This document shows positions 38,823-40,877 of a stretch of DNA of 40,877 nt, one piece after another. The DNA comes from a virus (taxonomy: Duplodnaviria; Heunggongvirae; Uroviricota; Caudoviricetes). Both the position numbers and the translations under genes were made by a program. The stretch is from IMG/VR virus record IMGVR_UViG_3300024269_000017; one strand, 5' to 3'. Below the pieces are notes generated by a model, which had not been told where the DNA came from, did no database searches, and saw only the letters and a list, made by a program, of their open reading frames with translations. Position 1 is the first letter of the stretch. Every line of letters begins with the position of its first letter.

Positions 38823-40592
38823 TTATTCTTCGTATTCAACAGTAACTTTTCCGTTACGATCTTTCTTTAAAGTAACCTTCTTAGATTCGGTAAGTTCACC
38901 GCTAACAACCATATTAGTACCATCAAATACCTTATGATAAATCTTACATCTGTAGCTATAAGAGTTATAGGTTGCATTTGCTGGCTGTTCCAAAACAGGA
39001 GTAATGGTGAGAGTGGTGTCAGATAGATTGCTGACACCAGTGGCTTTTTCTGTAACCTTGTCACAAGTCCAGCTAATTACCCATTCTTCTGGATGGATTG
39101 CAGATTTACTATCTAATGGGAAAATAGGCTCTGCAGTAATCTTAGAATCATTATAAGTCAACTTAACTTCAGTTGGCTTATCTGGCCAAGCGCGCAAAAC
39201 GCAAGGGGTGCCAACTGCCAATGGCTCAGACTTTGTATTGTTGCGATAATTAATTGCATGGCAAGAAACAATACCTTCTGTATCCTTTGGAGGAATATAA
39301 GTATTTCCGTCTACGCCATCAGTTACTTCTACATCGTCAAGAGTCCAAGTATACTTCACATCTGCAGGCTTATTGTAGCCAGTGACATCAAAGATTAACT
39401 TATTGGTATAAGTAGTTTGTCCTTCTTCTGCGGATGGAGTCTCACCCAAGGAATACATTTTAATTGGGAACTTACTAATATCACCATGCTTCAATTCTGC
39501 GGCAGCAGGAATTGTTGCGGTCTTAGTGTTAATCCAACGAGTACCGGAAGCTGCAGTCTTATTACCAATTTGTGCGAAATAAGTACCAGCAGTGGTAACT
39601 ACATATTCCTCATCTTCTTCTACAACATTCTCAAGAACGTCATAAAGTTGTTCTTTACCACGATACCAGCGATATACAACTTCACCGCCCTGATCCTTGT
39701 TTGGAGATTCGCCTTTAACAGCTAAACGAAGAATACCATCTGGGTACAATAGATTACCATCTTCATCCTTTAATTCGGCATAATCTTCATAACCCTCAAC
39801 ATCAGTACTAAGTTCATATTCAACGGTATTATCCAAATCAAGAACAATAGTAGGTGCAGCACCATCAAGAGAGTTAATTACACCAGAGTATACTGGACGA
39901 GTACGAATCAAGTTCTCCAAGTCAGTATCTAATTCGGCACCAACCACATCAAGATCAAGAGTACCCTTAATTGCGCAAGAGCTCTTCTGAGTAGCAACAC
40001 TATAAGTGATTGTTGCAGGATCGGTACCATAGTCAAGAGCGTAGAAACGAAGAGCAAATTCGATAGAGCCGCTCTGCTCAGTCATCTCATTAGTAATAAC
40101 CCAACCAAGAAGAACAAAGTCATGAGACTCGGTCTCACCAGTCTCAGCGTTAATTACAACTTCCTCTGAATAAACGTCAGTTAAAATAACAGGAGAGTTG
40201 CCCTGCTTTACCTTCTTGTTATTTGCATTGTACCACTGTACCACGCATAGAGTTTCATTTAAGTCCATTGCATCAAACCAACGAGGGACTTTAAAGAAAA
40301 TAATTTCAGCATTGGTATCGCCCTTAACACCAACACCAACATTTTTGAATTCGTTGGGTACGGTAATTGTACGGGCATCCATGTCAACTTCAAAAGGTGG
40401 CTCCTCTAATGGGAGACGATAAAACTTATTACTTAAGTTCTTACCATGCTCTCTTGCAACCTGTAAGGCGTTAAAATAAGTAGCTAATTCACCCTCTTGA
40501 AGAGAAACACCATATTGAGCTACATCAATCTGTAAATCATCAAAGAGTTTCTTATATTCTTCCTTGAATTTCTTAGTAATTACTACTTTCAT
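38823..40592 (-). CDS. Virion structural protein: BppU-like domain + Ig-like domains (589 aa)
   Basis: FEVDMDARTITVP...GVKGDTNAEIIFF..PRWFDAMDL...GWVIT...SGSIEFALRFY; YRWYRG, YTWTLD and YRCKI Ig-like strands. Confidence 0.6.
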   Translation of the reverse strand: MKVVITKKFKEEYKKLFDDLQIDVAQYGVSLQEGELATYFNALQVAREHGKNLSNKFYRLPLEEPPFEVDMDARTITVPNEFKNVGVGVKGDTNAEIIFFKVPRWFDAMDLNETLCVVQWYNANNKKVKQGNSPVILTDVYSEEVVINAETGETESHDFVLLGWVITNEMTEQSGSIEFALRFYALDYGTDPATITYSVATQKSSCAIKGTLDLDVVGAELDTDLENLIRTRPVYSGVINSLDGAAPTIVLDLDNTVEYELSTDVEGYEDYAELKDEDGNLLYPDGILRLAVKGESPNKDQGGEVVYRWYRGKEQLYDVLENVVEEDEEYVVTTAGTYFAQIGNKTAASGTRWINTKTATIPAAAELKHGDISKFPIKMYSLGETPSAEEGQTTYTNKLIFDVTGYNKPADVKYTWTLDDVEVTDGVDGNTYIPPKDTEGIVSCHAINYRNNTKSEPLAVGTPCVLRAWPDKPTEVKLTYNDSKITAEPIFPLDSKSAIHPEEWVISWTCDKVTEKATGVSNLSDTTLTITPVLEQPANATYNSYSYRCKIYHKVFDGTNMVVSGELTESKKVTLKKDRNGKVTVEYEE

Positions 40593-40597
40593 TAAGA

Positions 40598-40876
40598 TTA
40601 TTCCCCTTTCTCAATTTTAACCAATTGTTGGAATAATTCAACAATTTCAGTGTAATAGCTTTGAACTTGAGCACCAAGAGCCTGAGTTAAATAAATCTAA
40701 CGAGTAATTTCAAAATTAGTCGCTTTTAAATCAATAGTAAACTCAGAAGACAACCGATAATCTGATGTCCCTGGAGCCAAAGTCATAAGCTGAAGAGTCG
40801 TTTTTCCAGAAATTAAACGGACCGGTTGCCGCAAAGACACTCTGTAAATGTTGTAAGCTGTATCTGCGGCTGGCTG
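40598..40876 (-). CDS. 3' end of a structural-region gene (partial; TAG=Gln at 40697)
   Basis: QPAADTAYNIYRVSLRQPV...EITR*IYLTQALGAQV...KIEKGE-TAA; the frame is open only with TAG read-through. Confidence 0.65.
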
Positions 40877-40877
40877 C

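Noticed and set aside
1-40877. TGA reassignment
   Set aside because: TGA terminates many intact genes (674, 1997, 16465, 16686, 20669, 21158, 22219, 23237, 27630)

Overview
Fragment of a large tailed phage genome. The host is probably a Gram-positive gut anaerobe (Clostridia-like), inferred from DnaE, NrdD/NrdG, a SpoIID domain, strong GGAGG RBSs and sigma70/sigmaA TTGACA-N17-TGnTATAAT promoters. The phage appears to read TAG as Gln (code 15). No confidently called gene ends in TAG, and in-frame TAGs sit at conserved Gln positions of a GIY-YIG nuclease, RuvC, the endolysin and a 1444-aa tail fibre, so the supplied ORF track fragments or misses these genes. The + arm (1-22806) is a replication/nucleotide-metabolism block: ThyX-like protein, wHTH, SSB-like protein, Sak4-like ATPase, DnaB, DnaG, RecJ, RecD-like helicase, DAHP synthase, DUF262, DnaE, Gmk, NrdDG, dUTPase and RuvC. 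The - arm (22857-40877) carries baseplate/tail-fibre and lysis genes. The arms converge on a bidirectional terminator. The standout is an insulated operon (about 26590-33655, - strand) between tail fibre and endolysin. It encodes two ~500-aa Tyr/His/Asn/Ser/Thr/Gly proteins built from (Y/H/N)-x-(S/T)-(G/small) tetrapeptide repeats, two radical SAM/SPASM enzymes and two unknown proteins. It is a candidate phage-encoded, RiPP-like protein modification system acting on giant repetitive substrates. All calls are by eye; no database searches were run.
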